Positions 30,303 to 42,677 are shown, numbered from the stretch's first letter. The stretch is 64,000 nt of DNA from Gracilinanus agilis (GCF_016433145.1 NC_058130.1:708255536-708319535); one strand, 5' to 3'. Made by a program: numbers and translations. Notes: generated by a model from the letters alone, not told the origin.

Positions 30303-30506
30303 GTTGCTTTACTCTGGAAACTCCTGAACTAGGAGGGAGGGACTGATCCCCTATGCGTGTCCCCCCCCCCCAATCCGGAAATACCGGGCAACTCGTTCTG
30401 GAGGGGAAGACGTGAGATTTCCGGGAAGGCAGCACCGCCCCCCTCCCCCCCCACCCCCGTCCCTCATTCTGTCCAGCCCCTAATCACCATGGGGAGATCA
30501 TAAAAG
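30303..30506 (+). promoter_or_regulatory. ICAM1: ICAM1 proximal promoter: C/EBP-like plus kB-like (30303-30324), ETS (30375-30382), GAS/IFN-gamma palindrome TTCCGGGAA (30419-30427), Sp1 (30433-30441), TATA-like CATAAAA (30499-30505)
   Basis: Motifs are seen directly, in the same order as I recall for the human ICAM1 promoter, just upstream of the ATG at 30568. Confidence 0.85.
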
Positions 30507-30567
30507 GAATCCACGCACCCGGGCTTCGCATTCAGCTGTCCCGACTGACTCTGGCTCGTCTGCCAAC

Positions 30568-33500
30568 ATGAGAGTCCCCAGGCACCTTCCCGCCCTGGCT
30601 CTGCTCGGGATATTTCCTCTACTCTTACCCTCAGGTGAGACCTTCAGGCTCTGCTAACTCTTTCCCATCCCACCCAGCCTCGGATTCCCGACATTGACAG
30701 AACTGCGGAGCTGGTTGGGAGGGGAGGCACGATCCCGAGGTTGTCTAGGGGTGGCATCCACCCCCACAGCTGCAATTGACTGCAATCCTGAGCAAGGATT
30801 GAAGGTGGGAAGGAACTTGAGAAACTTTCGAAGGCTCCAACTTCAGGTGGCGGCTAGGCTAGGAACCAGTGACGGTGTCCTACCGCTCACGGACTGGGGA
30901 GAGAGGGAGCGCGTGGACAGACTGAGTTAGGCTGGGTGGGATTCTGAAGCACCCCCAGAATCTTAACGCATTCCTCAGAAACCTCTGGCCCCTCCCAAGG
31001 GAGAAGTCTAAGATCGCCCATGGCAGGGGAATTCCAGAACTGGGTTCCCCTCTGGGAAGTGCAGATAGAGCCTAAGCTCTTGGGGTGGGGCAAACCCGGG
31101 GGAAATTACCTTCAAAATTCCTGCCCTGAGATTAGTTCCCGGGAAACCGAGTCAAAATGTGCCGTTTGGGGGTAGAGGGTAGAAGTGGCTCTGAACCCAG
31201 GGCCAGATTTGGGACGCGGGCTCTGTCCTTGCAGGAGGAGCGCAGGAGAACGGGAGCGAGCTGCAGGTCTGGGTGCATCCCCCAAACCCCCTGATCCTCT
31301 CGGGCGATTCAGTAGTCCTGAACTGTAGCACCAACTGTCCTACTCAAGCTTCGATTGGCCTGGAGACCAGGCTGCCCAAGAGCGTGGAGGATCAAGGGAC
31401 GAACTGGAAAACTTTCAGGCTGAGAAATGTGACCAGGGACGACAGTCCCTTTTGCTTTGTCAACTGCCCTACGAAGAACCAGAGCAACACCAGAACCCAT
31501 ATCATGGTGTATGGTGAGTGAAATCGAGGTGTTGGTCGGAAAGAGGGGCTCTGGTGAAGGACAGCCAGGATGGGCGGGTGGGGGTGGGGGGCATTTACCG
31601 TAAGTAACTGGGAAGGGGATGAGGTCAGCCTTTGGTGGCACAGTTAGCAGAAAGGGAGGGTTGGGTTTGGCAGGTAGACAAGTACCTAGTCACCTGCCTC
31701 CATCCTCCAGGAGACGCTTAGGAATTCACTTCAACAAAACAAATACTGGATGCCACTGATTCTATGCCAGGCAAAAAGGAATGTGAGACTCCATAAAGTA
31801 TTGGGGCCCATTCAGGCTCCCACAGGCTCTGGGGCAAACACTAGGTACTGCCTCAGAGAGGGCTGAGGAGGCTGCTTCCACCACCACCCCATCCCCCCAG
31901 CTCTGGACATCTTGATTCTTTTCATATTCATTTGACAAACACTGAGCATCTGCTGAGTTCAGAATATTGTGTTGGCCCCTTCCTCGACTTACAGGTCGTT
32001 AGCCCATGGGTGTGGCCCAGGTGGTTGGGAGCCAAGAGGGGAATGCCCTAGAACCCGACTGTGGAGGGTCACGAGATGCCAGGGTGAAGAATTTGCACTT
32101 AATTTGACCAGTTCTTAAGAGGAAGCCATGAGCAGACAAGTGATAGGGGAGGATTTTCCGGGCAAGGAAGCCTTATGAAGAGAATGCAGTGGGGAGAAGA
32201 GGAACAGAGAAACTGTAGGTGGCAGAAACTGGTTAGGAAGCTCTTGCAAACTTTCCTTGGTCATCTGCCCCACAGCCTCCAATAGAATATGCTTCCAGTC
32301 TGCCCCAGCAACAGAGGGGAAAAGTCATAAGAAATTCATTCTGTCAGCAACCTTCCCCAGCTCCTCTGAGGAGAAATCTGAACCTGGGGCAGAGCCAGCC
32401 TCAAAAGTTTTTAAGGGCAGAGTGTACATACAGGGAATGAGGACAGATGCTGCTTCTGGTTCAGTCTCAAATGCCATTTTCCCTCTTTGTCCAGAAATGT
32501 TTTCATAATGCCTGACCCTAACCTAGCTCACATCTTTCCCTCTTTTCCACAAGAATAGGGATTGGGTTAGAGACTACACCAGAGATCATTGGTATAGGGA
32601 AAACTCTCAGGGAGGGAATTCCCTGCACCAAATTCTCTCTTCTATAAGAATATCATTCATATAACCATGTTAAAAATGAATATTAATAAATGTTTAAATT
32701 TTTAAAAAAATCTGAGAGAGGCTAGTCAGTTTTAGGCTGCTGGAGCTCTGGTTTTCTTTCAATACAGTTTTACAGTTTAAAAAAGAAAAAAAAAGAATAT
32801 CATTCAGTATTTTAAAAACCTTTGAAAAATCGAGGTAAACTAGAATTAGAACACAGAATATCTACCACATTAATAAGCCCTACTGAAAAAATAGAATAGT
32901 TAGCCCACCATGATGTGTTTTTTTTTTTAATTTTTAAAGTTACATCTAGAAACAGTTTTTGACAATTGTTGTCTGATTCTCTCCCCACTCACCAAGGCAG
33001 TAAATAGTCTGATATAGGTTATACTATAACTTTCATGCAATACCATGCTGTAACAGAAGACACATATTACATATACAATAAAAACATCATGAAGGAAATA
33101 AAGTGAAAGATGGTGAGTTTTGATCTGCAATCAGATTCTTTTTTTTTTTTAACCCTTACCTTACTGTGTATTGGCTCCAAGGCTGAAGAGTGCTAAGGGC
33201 TAGGCAATGGGGGTTAAGTGACTTGCCCAGGGTCACACAGCTAGGAAGTGTCAGAGGCCAGATTTGAACCTAGGACCTCCCTCCTCTTGGTCTCATTCCA
33301 CTGAGCCACCCAGCTGCCCCCTGCAATAGATTCTTGCAGTTCCTTCTTTGGCTATGGATTGCATTTTTTTTTTTTATCATGAGTCCCTTGGGGTTATCTT
33401 GGGACTTTGTTTTGCTGATTAAAGTTTAGTCCTTCACAGTTGATCATCGTATATTTGTTACTGTATACACTGTTCTCCTGGTTCTGCTTATTTCACTCTG

Positions 33501-36500
33501 CATCAGTTCATATAAGTCTTGCCAGGTTTTTCTGAACTCATCCTGTTTGTCATTTCTTATGGTGCAACAGTATTCCATTACAATCATATACCACAACTTG
33601 TTCAGCCATTCTCCAATTGATGGATACCACCTCAGATTCCAATTCTTTGTCTTTACAAAAAGAATTGCTAAATCAAAACAACTCTGAGGTATCACCTCAC
33701 ACCTAGCAGATTGGCTAAAATGATAGCAGGGGAGAGTAATGAATGTTGGAGGGGATGTGGAAAAATTGGGACATTGATGCATTGCTGGTGGAGTTGTGAA
33801 ATGATCCGGCCATTCTGGCTGGCAATTTGGAATCACGCTCAAGGGGCTATAAAAGAATGCCTGCCCTTTGATCCAGCCATACCATTGCTGGGTTTGTACC
33901 CCAAAGAGATCATAGATAAACAGACTTGTACGAAAATATTCATAGCTGCGCTTTTTGTGGTAGCAACAAATTGGAAAAGGAGGGTATGTCCTTCAATTGG
34001 GGAATGGCTGAACAAACTGTGGTATATGCGGGTGATGGAATACTATTGTGCTAAAAGGAATAATAAACTGGAGGAGTTCCATGCAAATTGGAGAGACCTC
34101 CAGGAATTGATGCAGAGCGAAAGGAGCAGAGCCAGAAGAACATTGTACACAGAGACTGATATACTGTGGTAAAATCAAATGTAATGGGCTTCTGTACCAG
34201 CAGCAGTGCAATGACACAAGACAGCTCTGAGGGATTTATGGTAAAGATGCTACCCACATTCAGAGGAAGGACTGCAGGAGAGGAAACATATAAGATAAAC
34301 AATTGCTTGAATGCATGGGCTGAGGCGGACAGGAATGGGAAATAGACCCTGAACAAGGACACGTTACAACCAGTGGAAATGTGCGTTGGCCATGGGTGGG
34401 GGGAGAGTGGGGAGGTGAAGGGGAAAGTAGGGGCATAAAGTATGTAAACAGATTAAAAATGAATATTAATAAATGTCTAATTAAAAAAAAGAATTGCTAA
34501 AAATATTTTGTATATAGGTAATTTTCCCCTATCTATGATCTCTTTGGGATACAGACCCAAAGAGATTTTGCTGGGCCAAAGGGTATGCACAGTTTTATAC
34601 CATGACTTATTCTTGATAAAGCTATGCTATCACTGGAACTATAGCTACCTTTTTAAAATGGTCACTATTCATCTCTTTAATGATTTTTGTTAGGAATTGA
34701 AATCAAGTTTACTAGCTTATTGTTTGCTTTTTAAGTTAATGGCTTCTGCTTTCACACCTACGAATCTGAAAGTGAATCCCTTTCCTTCCCTTCCCCCAGA
34801 ACAGGAAGCCATTTGCTCTAATAAGAGAGAACAGATTTAAAAAGAAGGGGAAATTGGCAAGCAATTCTGTAAAACCAACCAATATATCAACTCAGCTATA
34901 GTATATATAAAGTGCTCCACAGCTATGGTCCCCTACTCCCTTAGCAAAAGGAAGAAAAGGCATTTTCTCATTTCCTCTTCAGACCTAAAAGTTAGCAAAT
35001 TGTATTGCCTATAATTTGCAAGTTCTGTTTTCCTAAAATTTGCAAATTGTTCCCCTCCTTTTGAAAATTCAACTTTATTTTATTTTTCCTTTCAAACTCC
35101 CTCACTCCTCCTGACCTAACACAATCGAGAAAACAATAATACCATACCCATTATAAATATGAAGTAATGCAAAATAGATTTCCATATCAGCCAGGCCTTC
35201 TTTTTTGAAAATTTGAGAAGCATTTTTTCTCCAGTTCACTTATTCTCTGATCATTCAAATATCTGATGATGGCCCAGCAATTGCAATCCCTAGTTCATTC
35301 TTTCTGTGGTGGATAAATGTATCAGTCTGGTAACTTGTATCAAGAAAATGCAATTAGGAGCTTTCTTACCATCTCCTTATTATCCTGGGCACTGACATCT
35401 CTTTTGCCATTTTTGTTCAGTAGTTAAAGAGCCCTGGGCCTGGTGTCAGAAAGACCTGAGTTCAAATCCAGCCTCAGACAATTCCTGTGTAACTTTAGGC
35501 AAATCATTTTCCCTCTATAAGACTAAGAGGCAGCTAGGTGGTTCAGTGGCTAGAGTGCTGGGCCTGGAGTCAGGAAGACCTGAGTTCAAATCCAGGCTCA
35601 GATACTTCTTAGCTGTATGACTCTGGGTAAATGGTTGCCTGACAAAAGGATCCACAGCTTCTGCCTTAGTATTTATCAATTCTAAGACAGAAACTAAGGG
35701 TTTTTAATAAGTAAACATTTTTTTGTAAAGAATCTACTGGAGAAGGAAATGACAATTTAGTATCTTTGCCAAGAAAACTTCATGAAGAGCTATGGTCCAT
35801 GGGATCACTCACTCTTTTGAGTTGGACAAGACAACAACTTTTCCAGGCCAGATGTCATTCTTAGCAGAATTAAATGAGCAAAAAACAAAGAGTAGCTCTG
35901 CATTCTCTCTGTTGTCAGTTTTTGCCTTTTTCCATAGGACATCTCTGCTGTAATCTTCTTTTCCCCTACATAGCTTAGTCTTTTCTTTCGTCCTTCCCCA
36001 TGCTCATCTTCCTGCTGCTGTTGTTTTCACAGGACTGGGCCATACTTTTGGACTCATCCTCTTATTACTTTCCCTTGTTGCCATCTTTAGTATATGTGTC
36101 TTAAAAATCTATATTGGTGTGCTCTCTTTATTTAGACAACTTCTATTTTTCTTCCTCACTGGAATCATTTCTTTGTGACTTCACAGTTGCCTAGAGGCAG
36201 CTAGGTGGTGAAGTGGATAGAGTTCTGGTCCTGGAGTCAGGAAGACCTACATTCAAATCCAGCCTCAGATACTAGCTGAATGACCCAAAACAAGTCACTT
36301 AACAGCTTTCTACCTCAGTTTCTCCAACTGTAAAAAGGGGAAACACTATTACTTACTTCCCAGAGTTGTTGAAAGGACCAGATGAGATCATTATGAAGTG
36401 CTTAGTATAGTGACTGACACATAATAGGGGCTTAAAAAAAAGCTTTTCTTCTCTCTTCCCCTTTGGAATTTTAGTCTTGAGAGTTACTCATCCCTCTGGA

Positions 36501-39500
36501 TGATTTCCCCCCAAAAATTCTAGTCCAGGGGGTTCTATCAGTTCTTCCCTGGAAGTCTTAGAAATTTGCTCACCCCAAATTCAAGGTTGCATGTCAAACT
36601 AAGTCGTTTTTTCATTTCCATTAGAAATTTTAAGACATGGTACTTATTTTCCCTTCAAAGTCCCTTTGATTTTCACTCTAGCAACCTATTTCTTTGTTAG
36701 TGAAAACTAAATCCAGAACTGAATTTCTCCTTGTTCTCCTTGACCTTTTTAAAATTAAAAATTTTCCCAATGATCAAGTTGTTTTTTTTTCTCCCTCTAA
36801 CTTCCCTTTGGGATAAAAATACAAACATGAGCCATATAACAAATATTAACAGTCGCATCAAACAAATTCCCATATTGAGCATAATCAAAATTATGTCTCA
36901 TTCTGAAATTTAGTCCATCGCTTCTTTGGTCAGAAAATGGTTAGCATTATCTATCATTGGTCCTCTAAAATCATGGCCAGTCATTGTGTTGATCAGAGAT
37001 ATTGTCTTTAAGTCCTTCAAAAATTGCTCATTCTTATGATTTTGTTATAGTATAAATTGTTCTGCTCACTTCGCTCTGCCCCAATTCATGCAAGTAATCT
37101 CAATCCTCACAGCAGCACAGTATTCCATTATTTTTATCTACCATGATTGGTTCAGCCATCCCCCAATTAAGGGGCATTTACCTTAGTTTCCAGTTTATTG
37201 CTTCCTCTACCTTTTTGTTTGCTTTTGTTTAAAGAACCCTTACTTTCTGTCTTAGTAACAGCTCTAAGACAGAAGGGCAAAAGCTAGGCAATTGGAGTTG
37301 TGCCTTGCCTAGGATAACATAGGTAGGAAGTATCTTGAGGTCAAATTTGAATCCAGGTCCTCCCACCTCCAAGCCTGGTATTCTATCCCCTGTGCTACTT
37401 AGCTGACCAAGCTCCCACAGCAAGTATGTGGCTGAGTAAATTGCCTAATGACAGGCATCTTGCTCCATAGGCTGAGAGCTTTTTATCAGATAACTAACAA
37501 GAGCAGAGCAGAACTTCGCAGAAGAGGTAGGAGGCCTAAACACCAAAGGCAGCTCAGGGCAGAAGATGGCATTTAAGTCACACTTTAAAGGAGAAGCTGT
37601 CATGGAACAAAAGAGCCTGAACACGGAGTCAGAATACCGAGTTACAATCCTACATTTGCCACTTACTAGCTGGGTGACCTTAGAACTAGACCTTTTCCTT
37701 CTCTGGTTTCACTTTCCTTCTTTATAAAATAAATATGGGGGCAGCTAGGCAGCTCAGTGGATTAAGAACCAGACCTAGAGATGGGAGGTCCTAGGTTAAA
37801 ATCTGGCCTCAGACACTTCCTAGCTGTGTGACCCTGGGCAAGTCACTTAAACTGCACTAACCAGGCTTTATCGTTCTTCTGTCTTGGAACCAAGGCACAG
37901 TATTGATTCTAAGATGTAAGGTAAGGGGTAAAAAAATAAGATAGTTGATAGATGGATAGATGGATGAATAAATAGGTGGCTGGATTGATATAGGTAGATG
38001 GATAGATGAATATAGGTAAATGGATGAAGGGATGAATGGATGGATAGATGCGATAGGGTGAATGGATTTATTATTTACTTATTTATTAAGTGTTTAAGTT
38101 AAGGTACTGGGCTAAATCCTAGAGCATACAAATATAAGTAAAGAAGATGGCCATTTCCCTCAAGATGCTTATTTTTTAATATTTTTAATATTTTCCCATA
38201 GTTATATGTTTTATGTTCTTCCCCCCCCCCCTTAGCCAATGCACAATTCCACTGGGTTTTATATGTATCATTAAGACCTAATTCCCATATTATTGATAGT
38301 TGGACTAGAGTTATCATTTAGAAGATGCTTATATCCTAATGGGAGAAGAGAATAAATAAAGGGGAGCTGGTAAGGGAGGAAAGGTACCCCATTGGGGACA
38401 AGACAACTGTTGCGGAGAGGGAGACATTTGAAGAGTTGAGCTGGGAGTGATATGAACATGGCTGGGCCCTTCATGAAATAGTGGACTGAGCTAGGGACCT
38501 ACTCGTCAGGGGCTTAGGCCCTTCCAGATCTATTCCTGTTTAAGACACATTCCAGTTCCATAATGAACCAGATGGCTTAGGTTTTTGGTAGGCAGAGGAA
38601 ATAGGAAAGACATTCCTTGGCAAAGGAAGCAAGTGTCAGCTTGGAAGAAGCAGGACAATGTAGGTAGGGAGCCCTGATGAGGGTCTGCAGATCTCCGTCC
38701 AACCTGCCCCACAAACAAGGCAAGAGATCTTCTTAGGAGGGGCGGGCCGGTAGCCGGTCAATGCCTCTTCCCGTTTACTTATTCCAAGTTCCTTTCCTGC
38801 CCTCCAGAGCCACCAAGAAAAATGAAGCTGGATCTAGAGCCTTCTCAGGAGCAGTCCTGGATCCCTGTGGGCCAGAACTTCTCTGTAAGCTGCCAAGTGA
38901 CAGGTGGGAGACCTCGGGAGAACCTGAAGATGGTGCTGCGTCGGGGAGATCAGGAGATAAGCAGCCAGCTTGTTCCAAAGAATACTCTTGACACGGCTTT
39001 TGTGAAGTTCTACCCCACGGCCAGTAGGGAGGATAACGAAGCCAACTTCTCCTGCCATGCTTCTCTGGATCTTCGGCCAAAGGGGCTGAAACTTTATCAG
39101 AACAGCTCAGTCCCCCGGAAGCTTTACACTTTTGGTGAGGCCTTGGGTGGGAGGGTGAAGGGCAGAGACTTGGAGCCTGGGGATGGGGGGGGGTAGCAAT
39201 AAGGCCCCAGGGAGAGCAGCGACCCCACTCGCTGGTCTCCATCTCTTATTTTTTCCCTCCTCTTCTCCCAGCCTTGGCACCAGAGCCCCCAGTGCTTGTG
39301 GCACCCAAGCTCCTAGAGGCTGGGACCAAGGAGCAGGTGAGCTGCGAGATGGACAAGCTGTTCCCAGTAGAGAAAGCCCACATACGACTGACCTGGGGAG
39401 GGCAGGTCCTGACTCAAGTCGACGTTACCCAACATGCAGACGTGCTAAGGGCCACGGCCACAATCATGGCGGCAGCAGAAGAAGGGGAGGCTGATAAAGA

Positions 39501-41378
39501 ACTGACCTGCAGTGTGAGCCTGGGTGGTGAAACCAGGACGAAATCAGAAAACCTGACCGTCTACAGTAAGGCTGCCCAGGGATCTGGCTGGGTTGGCCTG
39601 GTGGGAGAAGCAGGGGGAGATGAAAGGATTGGTGGAGGCAAGGATCACAGTCCAGACCTCTTCTCTCCCAGTCTTTCCACAGCCCAGCCTTGTGGCCAGT
39701 GGGCCCATCCAGGAGGGGAATCGTGTCAACCTGACGTGTGAGGCCAGATCGAGAGCCAGAGTGCAGATTAATGGTGCTCCCCCTGATGAACCAAACAGGA
39801 TTTCCCTGATAGTCGGGGAGAAGGACAATGGGCGCTTGTTCACCTGCCAAGCCTTCCTGAAATTGAGGGAAGAGACACTGCAAAAAAATAGGAGCCTGGA
39901 ACTAAATGTTCAATGTGAGTAAAGACTCCCTAACCTCCGACCCTTTACCTTTTTGCTGCCAAGGCACTGACTGGACACAACTCCCTCCTCTGGTTGTTCA
40001 GAGGAAATCAGTGTTCTGGGGGAGGCGGGAAGGGGACATAGTTGGAGCTCAGCACTAATCACCTCGGTATCTTCAGTCCCCCCAAAGCTGGATGAGGAAT
40101 GCCCAGGAAACTGGAATTGGCAGGAGGGGACCGAACAGACCCTACGGTGTGCTGCAAGAGGGAATCCGGCCCCCACCGTGCAGTGTGTCCCAGAAAGTCA
40201 ACAGAATGGGATGCCACTTGGGCTACCCCATCGAGTCACCCGGGACCACAATGGCACTTATCACTGCACTGCTGAGAATTCTCTAGGAAAAGCAGTCAAA
40301 GTCGTGACGGTGAATGTGGAGTGTGAGTGATCAGGGAACCCAGCAGAGGGGGAGGGAAGGGGATATCAAGTTCTGGAGTATGGCCTTACCCAGAGGGGGC
40401 TGGGAACAGAATAAATTTTATCTCCTAAACCACAGGAAAGCCATTTTTTCCTTCATAGCCCATTAAGGAGCACAGGGCCTTGCAGTTACTGGATAAATTG
40501 ACTGATTCAATGCAATGGGTAAATGGGCACAATGTTTTAGGAGGGGCTTAGACAGTAGAGAAACCCAGGCACAGACTAGAATGGAGAGGAGAATGAAGGC
40601 TCTGCAGCCGAGGAACTATATGAAGAAACTGGGGATGATTAGCCTGGAGAAAAGCCTGAGAGATGGAGAGGCAGGAAAAATAGAACTATTCAGCTATCTG
40701 AAAGGCTGGAGTACAGATTATATTGTTCTACCTGGTGCCAGAGACCAGAATGAGAAGAGGGGTGAGGAGGGAGCAACCTAGAGATTTAGTCTCAAGGGGG
40801 AAAAAACTTCCTAAAGAGGGAATGGAGGAGCAGCTATGTGGCTCAATGGATAGAGAGCCAGGTCTACCGACACATCCTGTGTGACCCCGGACAAGTCACT
40901 TAACCCCCATTGTCTAGCCCTTACCGTCCTTCTGCCTTGGAACCAATACTTAGAATCAAGGCTAAAATAGAAGGTAAGGGTTTAAAAAAGAGAGAATGGG
41001 CTGCTTTAGGGGTAATGAGCTCACTGTCACTGGACATGTCTGAGCCTAGAGAACTGGTGTCTCCCACTCATAGACATTTTTAGAAGGGTATTCTCTCTCA
41101 GGAGTACTTTGATAAGATTTTCCCTGAAGTCCTGTCCAACTCTGGGGTCATGAGCAAGGTAGGGCCATGGAACATTCATTGAATCCTCCTTCTTTCCAGT
41201 CCAGGATGTGAACTGGACACCAATTGTCATCAGCATCCTGGTCTTCCTTTTCGTTGCGAGTGTTCTGATCTCCTTGGGATATCTCTATTATCGGCAGCAG
41301 CGAATTAGAAGCTATGAACTGAGGAAAGCCGAAGAGGAAAGGAACATGAAGCTGATCAACTCGGAGGTCAAAGCCTGA
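30568..41378 (+). CDS. ICAM1: Intercellular adhesion molecule 1, 544 aa, 5 Ig domains; join(30568..30634,31235..31513,38808..39134,39272..39565,39672..39914,40077..40322,41200..41378)
   Basis: 67-nt leader exon and five phase-1 Ig exons. D1 has CSTNC and the integrin motif GLET. TM followed by YLYYRQQRIRSYELRKA, an ICAM1-type tail. Syntenic between MRPL4 and ICAM4; the 1635-nt CDS closes in frame. Confidence 0.9.
33139..33321 (-). mobile_element. SINE1 in ICAM1 intron 2
   Basis: Minus-strand head at 33321 and poly(T) at 33139-33150; near-perfect TSD CTGCAAT(C)AGATTCTT. Confidence 0.85.
33337..34600 (-). mobile_element. Older LINE-1 3' fragment, split into 33337-33656 and 34502-34600 by a younger L1
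   Basis: ORF-track 33444..33842(-) ends in L1 ORF2 residues PSIGEWLNKLWYMIVMEYCC; the element resumes after the TSD at 34502. Confidence 0.8.
33673..34490 (+). mobile_element. 5'-truncated young LINE-1 (ORF2 C-terminus, 3'UTR, poly A)
   Basis: Open frame ...KTTLRYHLTPSRLAKM...CWRGCGKIGTLMHCWWSC (CCHC knuckle)...PSIGEWLNKLWY...TDILW*. 16-bp TSD AAAAAGAATTGCTAAA at 33657-33672 and 34486-34501. Confidence 0.93.
35425..36430 (+). mobile_element. Cluster of MAR1/MIR/SINE1 fragments (about 35425-35840 and 36190-36430)
   Basis: Repeated GGCAGCTAGGTGG...GGAGTCAGGAAGACCTGAGTTCAAATCC heads and MIR cores. Confidence 0.65.
37225..37406 (-). mobile_element. SINE1-like element
   Basis: AACCCTTACTTTCTGTCTTAG tail and TTTGAATCCAGGTCCTCC B-box region on the minus strand. 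Confidence 0.75.
37737..37936 (+). mobile_element. Full-length SINE1
   Basis: GGGGGCAGCTAGGCAGCTCAGTGG head and GGTAAGGGGTAAAAAAA tail. Confidence 0.85.
37940..38072. repeat. Degenerate (GATA/GGAT)n tetranucleotide repeat
   Basis: ATAGATGGATAGATGGATGAAT... seen directly. Confidence 0.8.
40827..40988 (+). mobile_element. SINE1 in ICAM1 intron 6
   Basis: GCAGCTATGTGGCTCAATGG head and GAAGGTAAGGGTTTAAAAA tail. Confidence 0.8.
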
Positions 41379-42124
41379 GGCTAGAGTTGGCCCCAGCCTT
41401 CCCGGAACAAGCACTTTTTGGGGGGAGTCAGAGGGCTAGTTAACCCAGAGGACGAGAAATTCCATGTTGAAGAAAGGAGGTTGCGTCCAAAAGCCTAAAG
41501 CCAGGGCTGGGAAACTGCTGGACACTCTTCCTGGGTCTCAGAACAACACGTCAGGCCCTGCTTGATCTCTGGATCCGAAGAGCTAGTTTGAAGCCCCTTT
41601 GGAGACCCACATTGGGCTGAACTGGATGTGCCATGCCTCAGGCATGGGAACAGGACTCGGGGGAACCCTGGCATGGGAGTTGTGGGGTGAAGACAATGTG
41701 ACTGACTACTGATCTCCTGAGTCTGAGAACAGGTCCAGGGATGTATCCAGTGACACTGATATGGGATCATAAGATGGCTCATGAGGAAGCCCAGAAAAGG
41801 AAACACTAGCCAAGGACTGCTTCAGCACTTTGGAGCTGGAAAGGGAGGGGAGAGTTTGGAATAAGATAGAGAAGGGTATCAAGGGTCACCCCTAACTTAT
41901 TGTCTTCCCATGGAAGATTCCCTACTTCTGCCAACAAAGTTTTGTCTCTGATTCTATTTTGGGGGCAACTAATAGTTTATCTCAAGTCACTATACTCCTG
42001 GTCCCCAGGCCCTTTCCACCTTAGACAAGGTGGAAACCAAAAGCTGGGGGAGGATAGGGGAAGGGACTGATTATAAAACAAGACCAGCAGACATACACAG
42101 CATTCATATAAGCACAGGCTATGA

Positions 42125-42177
42125 AACACACACACACTCTCTATCTCTCTATCTCTGTCTCTCTGTCTCTGTCTCTG

Positions 42178-42227
<50 letters not shown>

Positions 42228-42470
42228 CCCCCCCCNNNNNNNNNNNNNNNNNNNNNNNNNNNNNNNNNNNNNNNNNNNNNNNNNNNNNNNNNNNNNNNNN
42301 NNNNNNNNNNNNNNNNNNNNNNNNNNNNNNCCCCCCCCCCCCGTTTCTCTGTTTCTCTGCCTCTGTCTCTCTCTGTCTCTGTGTCTCTGCCTTTCTGTCT
42401 CTGTCTGTCTCTGTCTCTGTCTGTCTGTCACTGTCTCTCTGTCTCTCTTCCTCTTCTCTCAGACAGAGAC
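42125..42470. repeat. (CT)n/(CTGT)n/poly-C microsatellite interrupted by a 95-nt N gap (42236-42330)
   Basis: Seen directly. Confidence 0.9.
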
Positions 42471-42677
42471 AGAAACTGCTTGAAGACTTTCAATGAGGAG
42501 AAATCCCATTTTCCCAAAGCACCTTATTCCATTATGGAACTGCTCTGTTTAGGCAGTTCTTCCTCTCATTGAGCCCAAATTTGCCTAATCAGATGTTACT
42601 CTTTAATTAAAAATGGCTCTTATTTCATTCCCATTCACACTCTCTTCTCCAAACGGAATACTAAAAATCAATTCTTT

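Noticed and set aside
30568-41378. Calling the five-domain gene ICAM3
   Set aside because: The promoter elements, 67-nt leader exon, position between MRPL4 and ICAM4, and YLYYRQ.RI..Y.L tail are ICAM1-type.
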